This document shows, piece after piece, positions 9,675-17,650 of a stretch of 52,785 bases of DNA (position 1 is the first letter of the stretch; each line of letters starts with the position of its first letter). Under the pieces are notes generated by a model, which worked only from the letters and a program-made list of their open reading frames with translations, had not been told where the DNA came from and made no database searches. The DNA comes from a virus (Duplodnaviria > Caudoviricetes): positions 1 to 52,785 of IMG/VR virus record IMGVR_UViG_3300048837_000489; one strand, 5' to 3'. Made by a program: the position numbers and the translations under genes.

Positions 9675-10220
9675 TTATCCGAGTGAATCCGTGATTTTCT
9701 GAATCCGTTTGAGTCCGCGAAATCGTAGTTTGCGACCGATGAATACCAACCCTGGTTGCCCTTCGTCCGGCTGCGCGGTTTCGACTTTCGTTCGCCCGCG
9801 ATAGCTCAACTTCTCAATGAAGTTGTCGCCGCGCCCTTCGTCCGGCAGTCCATACTTGCCGTTGATGTAAGTGAGCAACTCCCAGCGGTTGTGCAGCCAG
9901 AAGATGACGCGCCGCTCCATGTCGTTTAGCGTCGAAATCTCCGGCAGGTATAAATCCTCTGGCAGCATCGACTGCCCCAGCATGTCCTTTGGCAAATGTC
10001 CCGGCCTTCGCCAGATACCAACCTCCAGGGTGTAAATCTCCGTCAGTGCGTGCGTGTTGTCCGGTCCCGTCTCAACTCCCCCATCGTCGATCGCGATAAA
10101 CTTTTGGCCGGCGCGGTTCGGCGGAATGCAACGGAACATCACGCCGCATTCCATGTTCGTCCAGCCGTTGCGGTCGCGGAGCCAGTCGCGGACACCCTCG
10201 AGCGCCATGCCCATGCTCAT
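9675..10220 (-). CDS. Putative tail terminator/completion protein
   Basis: Start MSMGMALEG at 10220 forms an ATGA overlap with the upstream gene. Position after the gpG-like gene. Confidence 0.55.
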   Translation of the reverse strand: MSMGMALEGVRDWLRDRNGWTNMECGVMFRCIPPNRAGQKFIAIDDGGVETGPDNTHALTEIYTLEVGIWRRPGHLPKDMLGQSMLPEDLYLPEISTLNDMERRVIFWLHNRWELLTYINGKYGLPDEGRGDNFIEKLSYRGRTKVETAQPDEGQPGLVFIGRKLRFRGLKRIQKITDSLG

Positions 10221-11014
10221 TGCCGGAACCCTCCGAACAACTCGCCGATCCGCACCATCCCGCTCACCGCCGCATCGGTAATCTGTCGCCACCAATCTTG
10301 AGGCAACGTCTCCGGCCAGAATCGCCGCCGTCGCTTGCCCTTGCCGTGATGGTGATATTTCGCGTAGGGGACGGTTGTGCCCACGATTAACCGCGTTCCA
10401 ACGTCGTCAAATTTCTGGTTGTCGGCCGGTCGATACTCGCTGTGTACGTCGTCTTCGTTCACTGCTTCCCCTGGCAGCAAAGAGCGCCGCAGCACGCCGG
10501 TATCCACCAAAATTTGATAATCAATTCCCGCCTTGCGCTGGCCGAATGTGCCGATCTTGGTTTTCGCGCCTTTCTCCTTCACGACGATCCAAGCAATGGC
10601 CGCCGCGCGAGCCTTCGCATCCTTATCCGGCATCCTCATCACGTACCACGCCAATCGATCGGCGTAGGTGCGCCGCCATAGTCGCAGTTGGTCCGGCGTG
10701 AGATACCCGTCCTTGCCTCCAGGGGCGAATCCTCCCGCGCGCGGCGGTTGGCGTCCCGTCACTGGCCGACGATAGGCCAAGTATCCCGGCGACAGCGGCG
10801 CCCACATCTCGCCAGCCGAATCCGTCCCGCCGCGGCCTTTCTCGTTGAACGAAAACGCCACCAGTTGGAAGAACGCCCAGCCGATGCGAGCGCGGAATCC
10901 CGCTGCGATACCATGTTCATCCGGCACGTTGCCAGCGAGCATCGAAGGCAGGCGACGGATAATCCGCTCCAACTCCGGTTTGCGGTCGCGGGTGACGACG
11001 GTGGTGACTTGCAT
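10217..11014 (-). CDS. Virion morphogenesis/tail completion protein (Mu gpG/P2 gpS-like)
   Basis: Motifs WAPLSPGY, ILVDTGVLRRSL, VGTTVPYAKYHH and RRRFW. Confidence 0.8.
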   Translation of the reverse strand: MQVTTVVTRDRKPELERIIRRLPSMLAGNVPDEHGIAAGFRARIGWAFFQLVAFSFNEKGRGGTDSAGEMWAPLSPGYLAYRRPVTGRQPPRAGGFAPGGKDGYLTPDQLRLWRRTYADRLAWYVMRMPDKDAKARAAAIAWIVVKEKGAKTKIGTFGQRKAGIDYQILVDTGVLRRSLLPGEAVNEDDVHSEYRPADNQKFDDVGTRLIVGTTVPYAKYHHHGKGKRRRRFWPETLPQDWWRQITDAAVSGMVRIGELFGGFRQ

Positions 11015-11053
11015 GGTTCGTGACGCTCGAAATTCTCGGTACGGATAAAATCC

Positions 11054-11566
11054 TCAGTACGGCAGCGGTCCACCCGCCGGCCATCGCTTCACTGGCGGCT
11101 CCGGTTCTTCTCCGGTGCTCTCGATCTGGCGAACGCGAATCGGGCTGTGATACCTACCCAGTTCGGGTTCAAAATTCGTGACGGTTGGCGAATGATCGAA
11201 ACTCGGATTCTGTTGCGGGATCTGCTCGCGCCCCCAGCGGATCTCCTCGAGCAACCGCTCCCGGTCCTTGCATTCCTCCATCAAGGATTGCGGCGATGGA
11301 TTCTCGCGACGTTCTGCCAACGTCCTGGCTGCCAGGTAGGCGTTAGTGTCGCGCAGCCAATCGTTGCCGGTGGCCAGGTCGGTCAATTTGTACTGATGGC
11401 GAATCCGCTGGTTGATCTTTCCGGCGGCGATTTCGATGGCGCGGGTTATCAATGCTTCCGCGGCCACACTTCGCTGGCCGGTTTCGTTGTCGTCCAGGCA
11501 GGCCGTAACACCCGCTGCGCTTAGCACGAATTCCACATCCGCGGTCACGCAATAGGTTTGGGCCAT
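11054..11566 (-). CDS. Head-tail adaptor (Mu gp36/DUF1320-like)
   Basis: YCVTADV...ITRAIEIAAGKIN...Y...LEEIRWG pattern, located after the capsid genes. Confidence 0.75.
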   Translation of the reverse strand: MAQTYCVTADVEFVLSAAGVTACLDDNETGQRSVAAEALITRAIEIAAGKINQRIRHQYKLTDLATGNDWLRDTNAYLAARTLAERRENPSPQSLMEECKDRERLLEEIRWGREQIPQQNPSFDHSPTVTNFEPELGRYHSPIRVRQIESTGEEPEPPVKRWPAGGPLPY

Positions 11567-11580
11567 GGGTGTATCCGTGT

Positions 11581-11618
11581 AATAAAAAAGCGGGCGAACG
11601 ATTTCCCGTCCGTCCGCT
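11581..11618 (-). terminator. Intrinsic terminator after the capsid genes
   Basis: AGCGGACGGACG-GGAAAT-CGTTCGCCCGCT followed by TTTTTATT. Confidence 0.7.
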
Positions 11619-11662
11619 AGGTCACCTGGGGTGGCGGTGATTCGTCAAAATTTCAAATCCGC

Positions 11663-12121
11663 TTACACGGCGGTCAGGTGTCCCGCTCCGTCGACCGGTT
11701 CCCATTCCACCGTCCACTTCACCGCGCCGGTGTTGCTTGCAGCGCAGTCCAATTCGATGTCGCCAGGGCCGAGGATGATGCCTTCGGCCGGAATGTTATC
11801 AGCAGGTAGCACGCCCCATAGCGTGGTCGACTTCATCGCGGTTGCGACCACTCCAACGATGCTGTAGAGCGTTCCCACGGCATCGGCGGAAATATCAAGC
11901 ACGGCGCACAAGTCGACGTCGGAACCAGTGCCCGACGGGTTGAATTTGATTTTCGTGTTGTTCGCCTGAGTCTGGATGACCGTCGTAACTTCTCCGATGA
12001 TCGCTTTGATTCGCACCTTGCCGCCAACGATCCGAAACAACGCCACGTCGGTCGTCTGCGGCAGCGCGGCGGCGGCGCGTTCTTCAATCCGGCGAAGTCG
12101 TGCTGTCCAAGGCAGGCCCAT
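11663..12121 (-). CDS. Putative capsid-associated beta-sandwich protein
   Basis: Beta-rich 152 aa ORF co-transcribed with the major capsid gene. Confidence 0.55.
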   Translation of the reverse strand: MGLPWTARLRRIEERAAAALPQTTDVALFRIVGGKVRIKAIIGEVTTVIQTQANNTKIKFNPSGTGSDVDLCAVLDISADAVGTLYSIVGVVATAMKSTTLWGVLPADNIPAEGIILGPGDIELDCAASNTGAVKWTVEWEPVDGAGHLTAV

Positions 12122-12181
12122 GATGTTTCTCGCTCAAATGGTCGATTGCTGGTGCGGTTGTTGGTTTGCGTTAGTTCCGGC

Positions 12182-13345
12182 TTAGAACCCCGAAACCGTG
12201 GCATAGCACCACGAACCGGGGTTGTAGGGGACCGGGAAGAAGTTATCGAGGATGAAAGCCTCGTAGGTTGTCGGGTTGCTCTTGGTCGTCGTCCAAGCGG
12301 CCTGGCCGGTCTTCACCGAGATCGGGCCGTTGTCGTATTCCGCGATCGGTTCCGACGCGATGCAGCCTTCGAACACGTCCGGCCCGTTCACGTCAGGCAG
12401 GAAGAGCGCGTTGTTTTCGCCGATGTGATACTGCCAGGTGGCGGAATTCGGGTTGCCGATGTCGATGCCTTCATCGTTAATCATGAAGTCGATGCCAGGG
12501 CATTTCGTCAGGCGGCCCATTTTGACCATGAACGGCGAGCCGTCCGGGTTGACGCCGGTTTGACGCTCGAACACCTGGAACGGCGGATTGGCGATGCCCG
12601 CACCCACCGTCACATAGTCGTTGTTCGTGATGTTGTTCCACTGTTGCGAGCGAACCACGATCGTCTTCAAGTGCAAGCCACAGCGACGGAAGAGCGCGGC
12701 GTCGACTAGCTGGATTTGGTACGGGATGTCCGCACCCGTCGAATCCCATGGCACGTCGATGATGTCACCACCATTGATTGACGTTCCGTTGCCGTCGACG
12801 ATGTTCAGTTGATCCTTGTTGCCTGCTGGCATGTCAAACGAGACTTGTAGCAGCGCGTTGCTGCTGTCGTAGCTCGGATACCAGTTTTGGCCGAGTTCGT
12901 GGAAGTAAAGCGAGTCGCGGAGCATACCGACGAGGAGCGCGGTGCGCCAGTTCGTGGCCTCTTGCACCGGCTTTTGCATTTGGCGCCGGATGTACGATTC
13001 GCCGGCAATGTCCCGCATCTTGGGATCGTCGATTTTTGCGAAGTTGTGGATTTCCTCGTAAAGCAGCGACAATTGTTGGTGCATACGGGGATAGACGAAC
13101 GGCACTTCGCCGACCGGGTTGCGCGAGCGTTTCGCGGCCGGGCTGCCAGGGGCGGTGCCAAGCGCGACGGTTCGCACGTTGTTGAACACCTTGTAAGAGC
13201 CGGTGCGGCCGTGGCCGTAGTTCCGCTCATTCGGCCCGCCTGGTTGCATCCCGAAGAAGTTTAGGAATTGCGAACTGGCCGCGCTGATCCGACTGACAAC
13301 CTTCGTGAAGGTGATCGGCTGAAGGATTTGTTGAATCGAAGCCAT
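12182..13345 (-). CDS. Major capsid protein (probably lambda gpE-like)
   Basis: 387 aa. Order protease/scaffold - decoration - this gene - adaptor is the canonical head arrangement. Confidence 0.8.
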   Translation of the reverse strand: MASIQQILQPITFTKVVSRISAASSQFLNFFGMQPGGPNERNYGHGRTGSYKVFNNVRTVALGTAPGSPAAKRSRNPVGEVPFVYPRMHQQLSLLYEEIHNFAKIDDPKMRDIAGESYIRRQMQKPVQEATNWRTALLVGMLRDSLYFHELGQNWYPSYDSSNALLQVSFDMPAGNKDQLNIVDGNGTSINGGDIIDVPWDSTGADIPYQIQLVDAALFRRCGLHLKTIVVRSQQWNNITNNDYVTVGAGIANPPFQVFERQTGVNPDGSPFMVKMGRLTKCPGIDFMINDEGIDIGNPNSATWQYHIGENNALFLPDVNGPDVFEGCIASEPIAEYDNGPISVKTGQAAWTTTKSNPTTYEAFILDNFFPVPYNPGSWCYATVSGF

Positions 13346-13430
13346 TGAAATTGATCCCTAAGCAGGTTGCGAAAGGTATGTCAGTTGTGGGTGAACGTTG
13401 CGAACGGTCTGGCGTTGAGCCAGCCAGCGA

Positions 13431-14270
13431 TTAGCTCGCCAGCGACATGGCCAGGTAGTTGTCGGTCGAGAACGGCACGGTGACGATTTCGATGAGCCAC
13501 TTGAGCGTGGTGCCCACGTAAACGCTCCGCACCTTGACCCGCGCGCCGATCTGCTCGCCGGCCGTGGTGAATGTGACGGAATCCGCCGAAAGATCGTTGC
13601 CCATGATGATGTTGTCACCCTCGCCAGAAGAAACGACGAGTTCTTCATCAGCGGTGCGGACGATCTCGTATTCGAGGCCCGGCTGAATCGCCGGAAGCGT
13701 GACAGCAACAGCCGCCGCGTTGTTGTAAAAGAGCGTGGTGCCGTTCTCGGCGGCGGTGAGCGTGTCGGCGGTACCAGTGACCAGCGCGACGCGCGAGCCA
13801 CCGCCAGCCAGGTAGCCGAACATGTCGTCATCGAGCACGCAGCCCGCGTTCCACAGTTGGCGACGTGCGAGGAATTCGTCAGCGTGACCAACCAGAGCGG
13901 AACCCTGGATGAGCAGTTGCGAGGCCATGAAAACGCCGCGTTGATAAACCGATGGCGGAACGCGATCCACGGCGGTGCCGTATTGATCCAGAACCGTGAT
14001 GTCGGTGCGGTTGATGCCCGCGATGTTTTGCGTGCCATCGCTGGCGTCCGCGTCCCACTCTTCGAATTCACCGCTGGAGGTCACCTTGCCAAGCAAGAGG
14101 CCGGGACGGAGAACTGTCGTCGGAGTGCTGCCAGCGTCACGCGCCGCGCTGCTGATGACCACCGACTTGAACAGACAAAGATTGTCGTAACCAACCGCAA
14201 CGATTTCACGGTCGTTAGTAAAAACCGCCGCGCCTTGGCCGGGCTTTCCGAATCCACCGAGTGACGACAT
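13431..14270 (-). CDS. Head decoration protein (gpD-like) with a C-terminal extension domain
   Basis: TTVLRPGLLLGKVTSSG...WDADASDGTQNIAGI motif, plus an extra ~110 aa beta domain. Confidence 0.75.
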   Translation of the reverse strand: MSSLGGFGKPGQGAAVFTNDREIVAVGYDNLCLFKSVVISSAARDAGSTPTTVLRPGLLLGKVTSSGEFEEWDADASDGTQNIAGINRTDITVLDQYGTAVDRVPPSVYQRGVFMASQLLIQGSALVGHADEFLARRQLWNAGCVLDDDMFGYLAGGGSRVALVTGTADTLTAAENGTTLFYNNAAAVAVTLPAIQPGLEYEIVRTADEELVVSSGEGDNIIMGNDLSADSVTFTTAGEQIGARVKVRSVYVGTTLKWLIEIVTVPFSTDNYLAMSLAS

Positions 14271-14351
14271 TGTTTAGTTCCCTATGTGGGCCGTGGTTGG
14301 GGTTTTTGCTGGAATTTGCTGGGTTTTGCGAGTTTCAGGAATCGCGACGGT

Positions 14352-15590
14352 TTAGGACTTGTGGCGGGTGAACATTTCACCAACGACCTTTTCTGCTTCC
14401 TCATCCGAGAGCTTGTCGTCGCTTTTCGGCGGGTCGACTTCTTCGGATTCGTCGTCTTCAAAACGAACGGAGGGAGGGAGCGCGGCCAGGAACATGGCAG
14501 CCGCTTCGTTGACGGTGAGCGTTGGTGCTTCGCCGGTTTCGCTGAACTGAACTTTTTCGAGCTTGCCGAGAAGGGTCTTCTTCAACCCTGGGGGCAGCTT
14601 CATGGCCTTGACGCTGGCGACGGTCTTCTCGCGTTCGGCCTTCGTGCGCTCTTCAGCGAACTGCGTCACCTTGGCGTTGAGCTTGTCGCGGCTTTCTTTC
14701 AGCCGCTTGTTTTCGGCCTGGCTTGCTTCAATCGCCTTGCGGATGTGCGGTGGCAGCGTGGCCAATTCGTCTTCACTGAACGCAATCGGGTTGTCGGCCT
14801 CCTGCGTTTCCGGCGGGTCTTCGGCTTCTTCTTCCTTGGGTGCCGCTTCGGCGTCCGCTTTGGATTTGGTTTTGAGTGCCGCCAGGAGGATGTCCGCCGC
14901 GCCTTCGTTGTCGAATGTCCAATCCGCCGGAAGTTCAATACCGATGGTGCTGAACTGCGCAACGATGGCTTCCATCTTCATGTCAGCCGCGTCGTCTTTG
15001 GGCAGGTCAGGATTGACCGGTGACTCGTCGGTGCTGGTATCCGTTTCGCCGTTGGCGTTCTCGGTGCCATTGGTGCCTTCAACTTCGCTTTCGCCTGGTT
15101 TTTTTTCTTCGTCGTCCACGTAATCCTCCAGCGAAAATCGAGACACCCCGGCGGGGACTTCGACAAATGGGCCTTGGATCGGATTGCGCGGTTTCGGCGT
15201 CAGTGCGACGTGGCGAATGATCGAACCAAGTTCACCAATGCCCTCCGCGAAAAAGTTTTCGTGAAACTCGGGAGACGTGAAACGAATGGAGCCGGTCTTG
15301 AGTCCGTTGGCGGTTTCGGCGTCAGTGATGTCAAGCTCGTATTCGAGCCATCCGTCATCCGTCACTTGAAACCGTTTCGCCCAGCCCCGATTTCGCAAAG
15401 CTGATCGCGGGTCTTTCGCCTCTCCGATTGAGCCTTTCGCATCTACGTCGTCGTGAAAATCAATTACGGGAATCGACAGTCCGGCTTCGATCGCTCGGTT
15501 CGTGTTCTCCGCGTATTGCTTGAAACGCTCTACGGGATAATCACCGACACGATACTTTCCTGGCCGGAGTGCTTTTTGCCGAACAAGCAT
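14352..15590 (-). CDS. Prohead protease/scaffold (Mu I-like)
   Basis: IPVIDFH, RGW, IRFTSPEF and RHVALTPKP motifs, then an acidic linker and a coiled-coil scaffold. Likely start is the ATG at 15590. Confidence 0.8.
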   Translation of the reverse strand: MLVRQKALRPGKYRVGDYPVERFKQYAENTNRAIEAGLSIPVIDFHDDVDAKGSIGEAKDPRSALRNRGWAKRFQVTDDGWLEYELDITDAETANGLKTGSIRFTSPEFHENFFAEGIGELGSIIRHVALTPKPRNPIQGPFVEVPAGVSRFSLEDYVDDEEKKPGESEVEGTNGTENANGETDTSTDESPVNPDLPKDDAADMKMEAIVAQFSTIGIELPADWTFDNEGAADILLAALKTKSKADAEAAPKEEEAEDPPETQEADNPIAFSEDELATLPPHIRKAIEASQAENKRLKESRDKLNAKVTQFAEERTKAEREKTVASVKAMKLPPGLKKTLLGKLEKVQFSETGEAPTLTVNEAAAMFLAALPPSVRFEDDESEEVDPPKSDDKLSDEEAEKVVGEMFTRHKS

Positions 15591-15608
15591 GAGTAATTGA
15601 TAAGCCGA

Positions 15609-15652
15609 AAGTGGTGCATAATTGCGGAAGATTGCACCACTTAACTTTGACA
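15609..15652. promoter_or_regulatory. Divergent promoter region: 10-bp inverted repeat and a TTGACA hexamer
   Basis: AAGTGGTGCA (15609-15618) pairs with TGCACCACTT (15633-15642). TTGACA at 15647-15652. Lies between divergent starts at 15590 and 15714. Confidence 0.55.
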
Positions 15653-15713
15653 ATTGCGCACATTCTCTAAGACTTGCGCCCTAAAAGGCTGGCCAGAAGT
15701 GGCCGGAATTGTC

Positions 15714-16937
15714 ATGGCAACTCATGTTTGGCGCGGTGATGCGCCCGCCGTCGCCCAGGTCACCACGGTCCAGGTGACTGCCTACGATGCGGCCACCAGC
15801 TATCGCTTGACGATCAACGGCAAGACGGTCGCGGTTGATGGCGATACGGACGTGAATGACACTGCCACCGCCCTGGCTGCAGCTTTCAACGCGAGCACCA
15901 TTCCAGAATTTGCCGAGATCACCGCGAGCGCGGCGACGGACACTGTGACGCTTACGGCCGACACCTCCGGAAAGCCCTTTACGGTCACCTCGAGCGTGAG
16001 CGGCGGAACAGGAACGATCGGCGCGGCGACGTCGGCAACGGCCAACTCGGGCCCGGCGGTTGTCGCGGCGGCCAACTTCGATAGCGGATCGCTGCCAGGG
16101 AATAGCGACACGCTCATCCTGCAGGATTCCGCCAACTCGCTGAAATACACCCTGGATGCACTCGCCGCGGTGACGCTCGATTTGCTGGTGATCGCGGCCG
16201 ACTTCTCCGACGGTGCGCAGGTAGGCTTGCCGCGCACCAACACGGATTCCACAAGCTACGTCGAATACCGGGATACCTACCTGGAGGTTGGCGCGACGGC
16301 AGTTCGCATCGGCGAGGGGCGCGGCCAGGGGAGTAGCGGCTTGCGGTTGAATCTGCTTTCCGCGCAAACGTCGGTCCAGGTTTTCGCGACCGGCAATTCG
16401 TCAGATACCGATTACGCCGCGCTCCAAATTATCGGGACGAACGCCAGTAACGTGCTGCAGGTGTTCGGCGGCCAAGTTGACGTCGCCATGCAACCAGGAC
16501 AAGTCGCCACGTTCGCCACGGTGACTGTGAGCGGCGGCCAAGTGCGGTTCGGCTCGGGCGTGACGCTGACGACCGTAGAGGCCAACGGAGATTCGTCCGT
16601 GGAAGTGCGGAGCGCGGCGACGACGTTGCGCAGCCAGGGTGGTGGCAGAATTTACAAGCTGGGAGCCGGCGCGGTGACGACGGTAGATGTCGGCGGCGGG
16701 ACGTTTGAGCTTGCGGCGGCCGGCACGATTGGGACTCTGACGGTGCGGGCCGGGAAGACGTTTGATGCCAGCAAATTGAATGTCGCGGTGACGGTGACGA
16801 ATAGCACCGCCTACGCGGGCGCGCGGATCATCGATCCCAATGGTAAGTTGACGTTCACGAATCCAACGGCATGTCCCGATGGGGCGGATTCGGTGACGTT
16901 TGTGACGAAGAAGGGGGCGACGGTGCTGGTGGCTTAG
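15714..16937 (+). CDS. Putative virion structural protein (Thr/Ala/Gly/Val-rich, beta-helix-like C-terminal half)
   Basis: 407 aa from the ATG at 15714, with clear codon bias. The only long + strand gene in the late region. Confidence 0.7.
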   Translation: MATHVWRGDAPAVAQVTTVQVTAYDAATSYRLTINGKTVAVDGDTDVNDTATALAAAFNASTIPEFAEITASAATDTVTLTADTSGKPFTVTSSVSGGTGTIGAATSATANSGPAVVAAANFDSGSLPGNSDTLILQDSANSLKYTLDALAAVTLDLLVIAADFSDGAQVGLPRTNTDSTSYVEYRDTYLEVGATAVRIGEGRGQGSSGLRLNLLSAQTSVQVFATGNSSDTDYAALQIIGTNASNVLQVFGGQVDVAMQPGQVATFATVTVSGGQVRFGSGVTLTTVEANGDSSVEVRSAATTLRSQGGGRIYKLGAGAVTTVDVGGGTFELAAAGTIGTLTVRAGKTFDASKLNVAVTVTNSTAYAGARIIDPNGKLTFTNPTACPDGADSVTFVTKKGATVLVA

Positions 16938-17142
16938 GTGGTGGTGGTTCCGGCAGAAGTTCAAGTGAAAATGCATGCAGCGTGTCCTCTAGATCTTCGA
17001 CAGCTTCGCCTGAATCTTGCTCCCTTAAATAAATTGGCATAGTTTCCATAATCACACACAATGCCAACAATCCTTTTTTGCCGAGAAGTTTTCGTAGAAC
17101 TTCAAGTGCTTCTTCTCGATACATTTCATCGGTTAGTCCCAT
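16855..17142 (-). CDS. Hypothetical protein (AT-rich)
   Basis: ORF overlaps the upstream gene end and converges with the + strand gene. Confidence 0.5.
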   Translation of the reverse strand: MGLTDEMYREEALEVLRKLLGKKGLLALCVIMETMPIYLREQDSGEAVEDLEDTLHAFSLELLPEPPPPKPPAPSPPSSSQTSPNPPHRDMPLDS

Positions 17143-17458
17143 CGTCCATTCCTTCTAGAATTCTATCTCTCTCTTCGTGACACTTCAGACAAAACCAACC
17201 ACGAACAGATGCATCTTCATGCCATCCAATCTTCCCGAATACTGGCTTTGATTTGCAATTGTCGCAGATTTCGGGAGTGTCAAATTCAAGATCGAGGCGA
17301 TAAAGATTCGGGTGAGGCAGTGGCTTTACAGAAACAATAGCTCCGGGCACCGATGCAAAATCACACGCGAATATACATGCACCCTGCTCGGGACCAACGA
17401 ATTTGAAAATGAAGAAATCATTGAAATAAAGTATTTCGCCGTGCTGCATTTTCGTCAC
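17126..17458 (-). CDS. Hypothetical protein with two CxxC pairs (AT-rich)
   Basis: CDNC...CLKC; lower GC than its flanks. Confidence 0.55.
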   Translation of the reverse strand: MTKMQHGEILYFNDFFIFKFVGPEQGACIFACDFASVPGAIVSVKPLPHPNLYRLDLEFDTPEICDNCKSKPVFGKIGWHEDASVRGWFCLKCHEERDRILEGMDDGTNR

Positions 17459-17650
17459 CGCTCGTTCGTGAAATCAAATCCGCACGCATCGCAAAGCCAC
17501 GCATCCTCATCCTCACTTCGCTGGCTGCACGGTCTCCCCTTTCATCGAATAGACAATCGTCAATTCCTCTGGCGTATATCCGGCGTCCAGAAACTTTTCC
17601 TCGGTCGATTCTTCGTTATCATCGTATTGATTAACCATCCAACCCACCTC

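Noticed and set aside
1556-15590. Mu-like transposable phage
   Set aside because: Only the head and neck genes are Mu-like. No DDE transposase or MuB is present, while a tyrosine integrase and a primase-helicase are.
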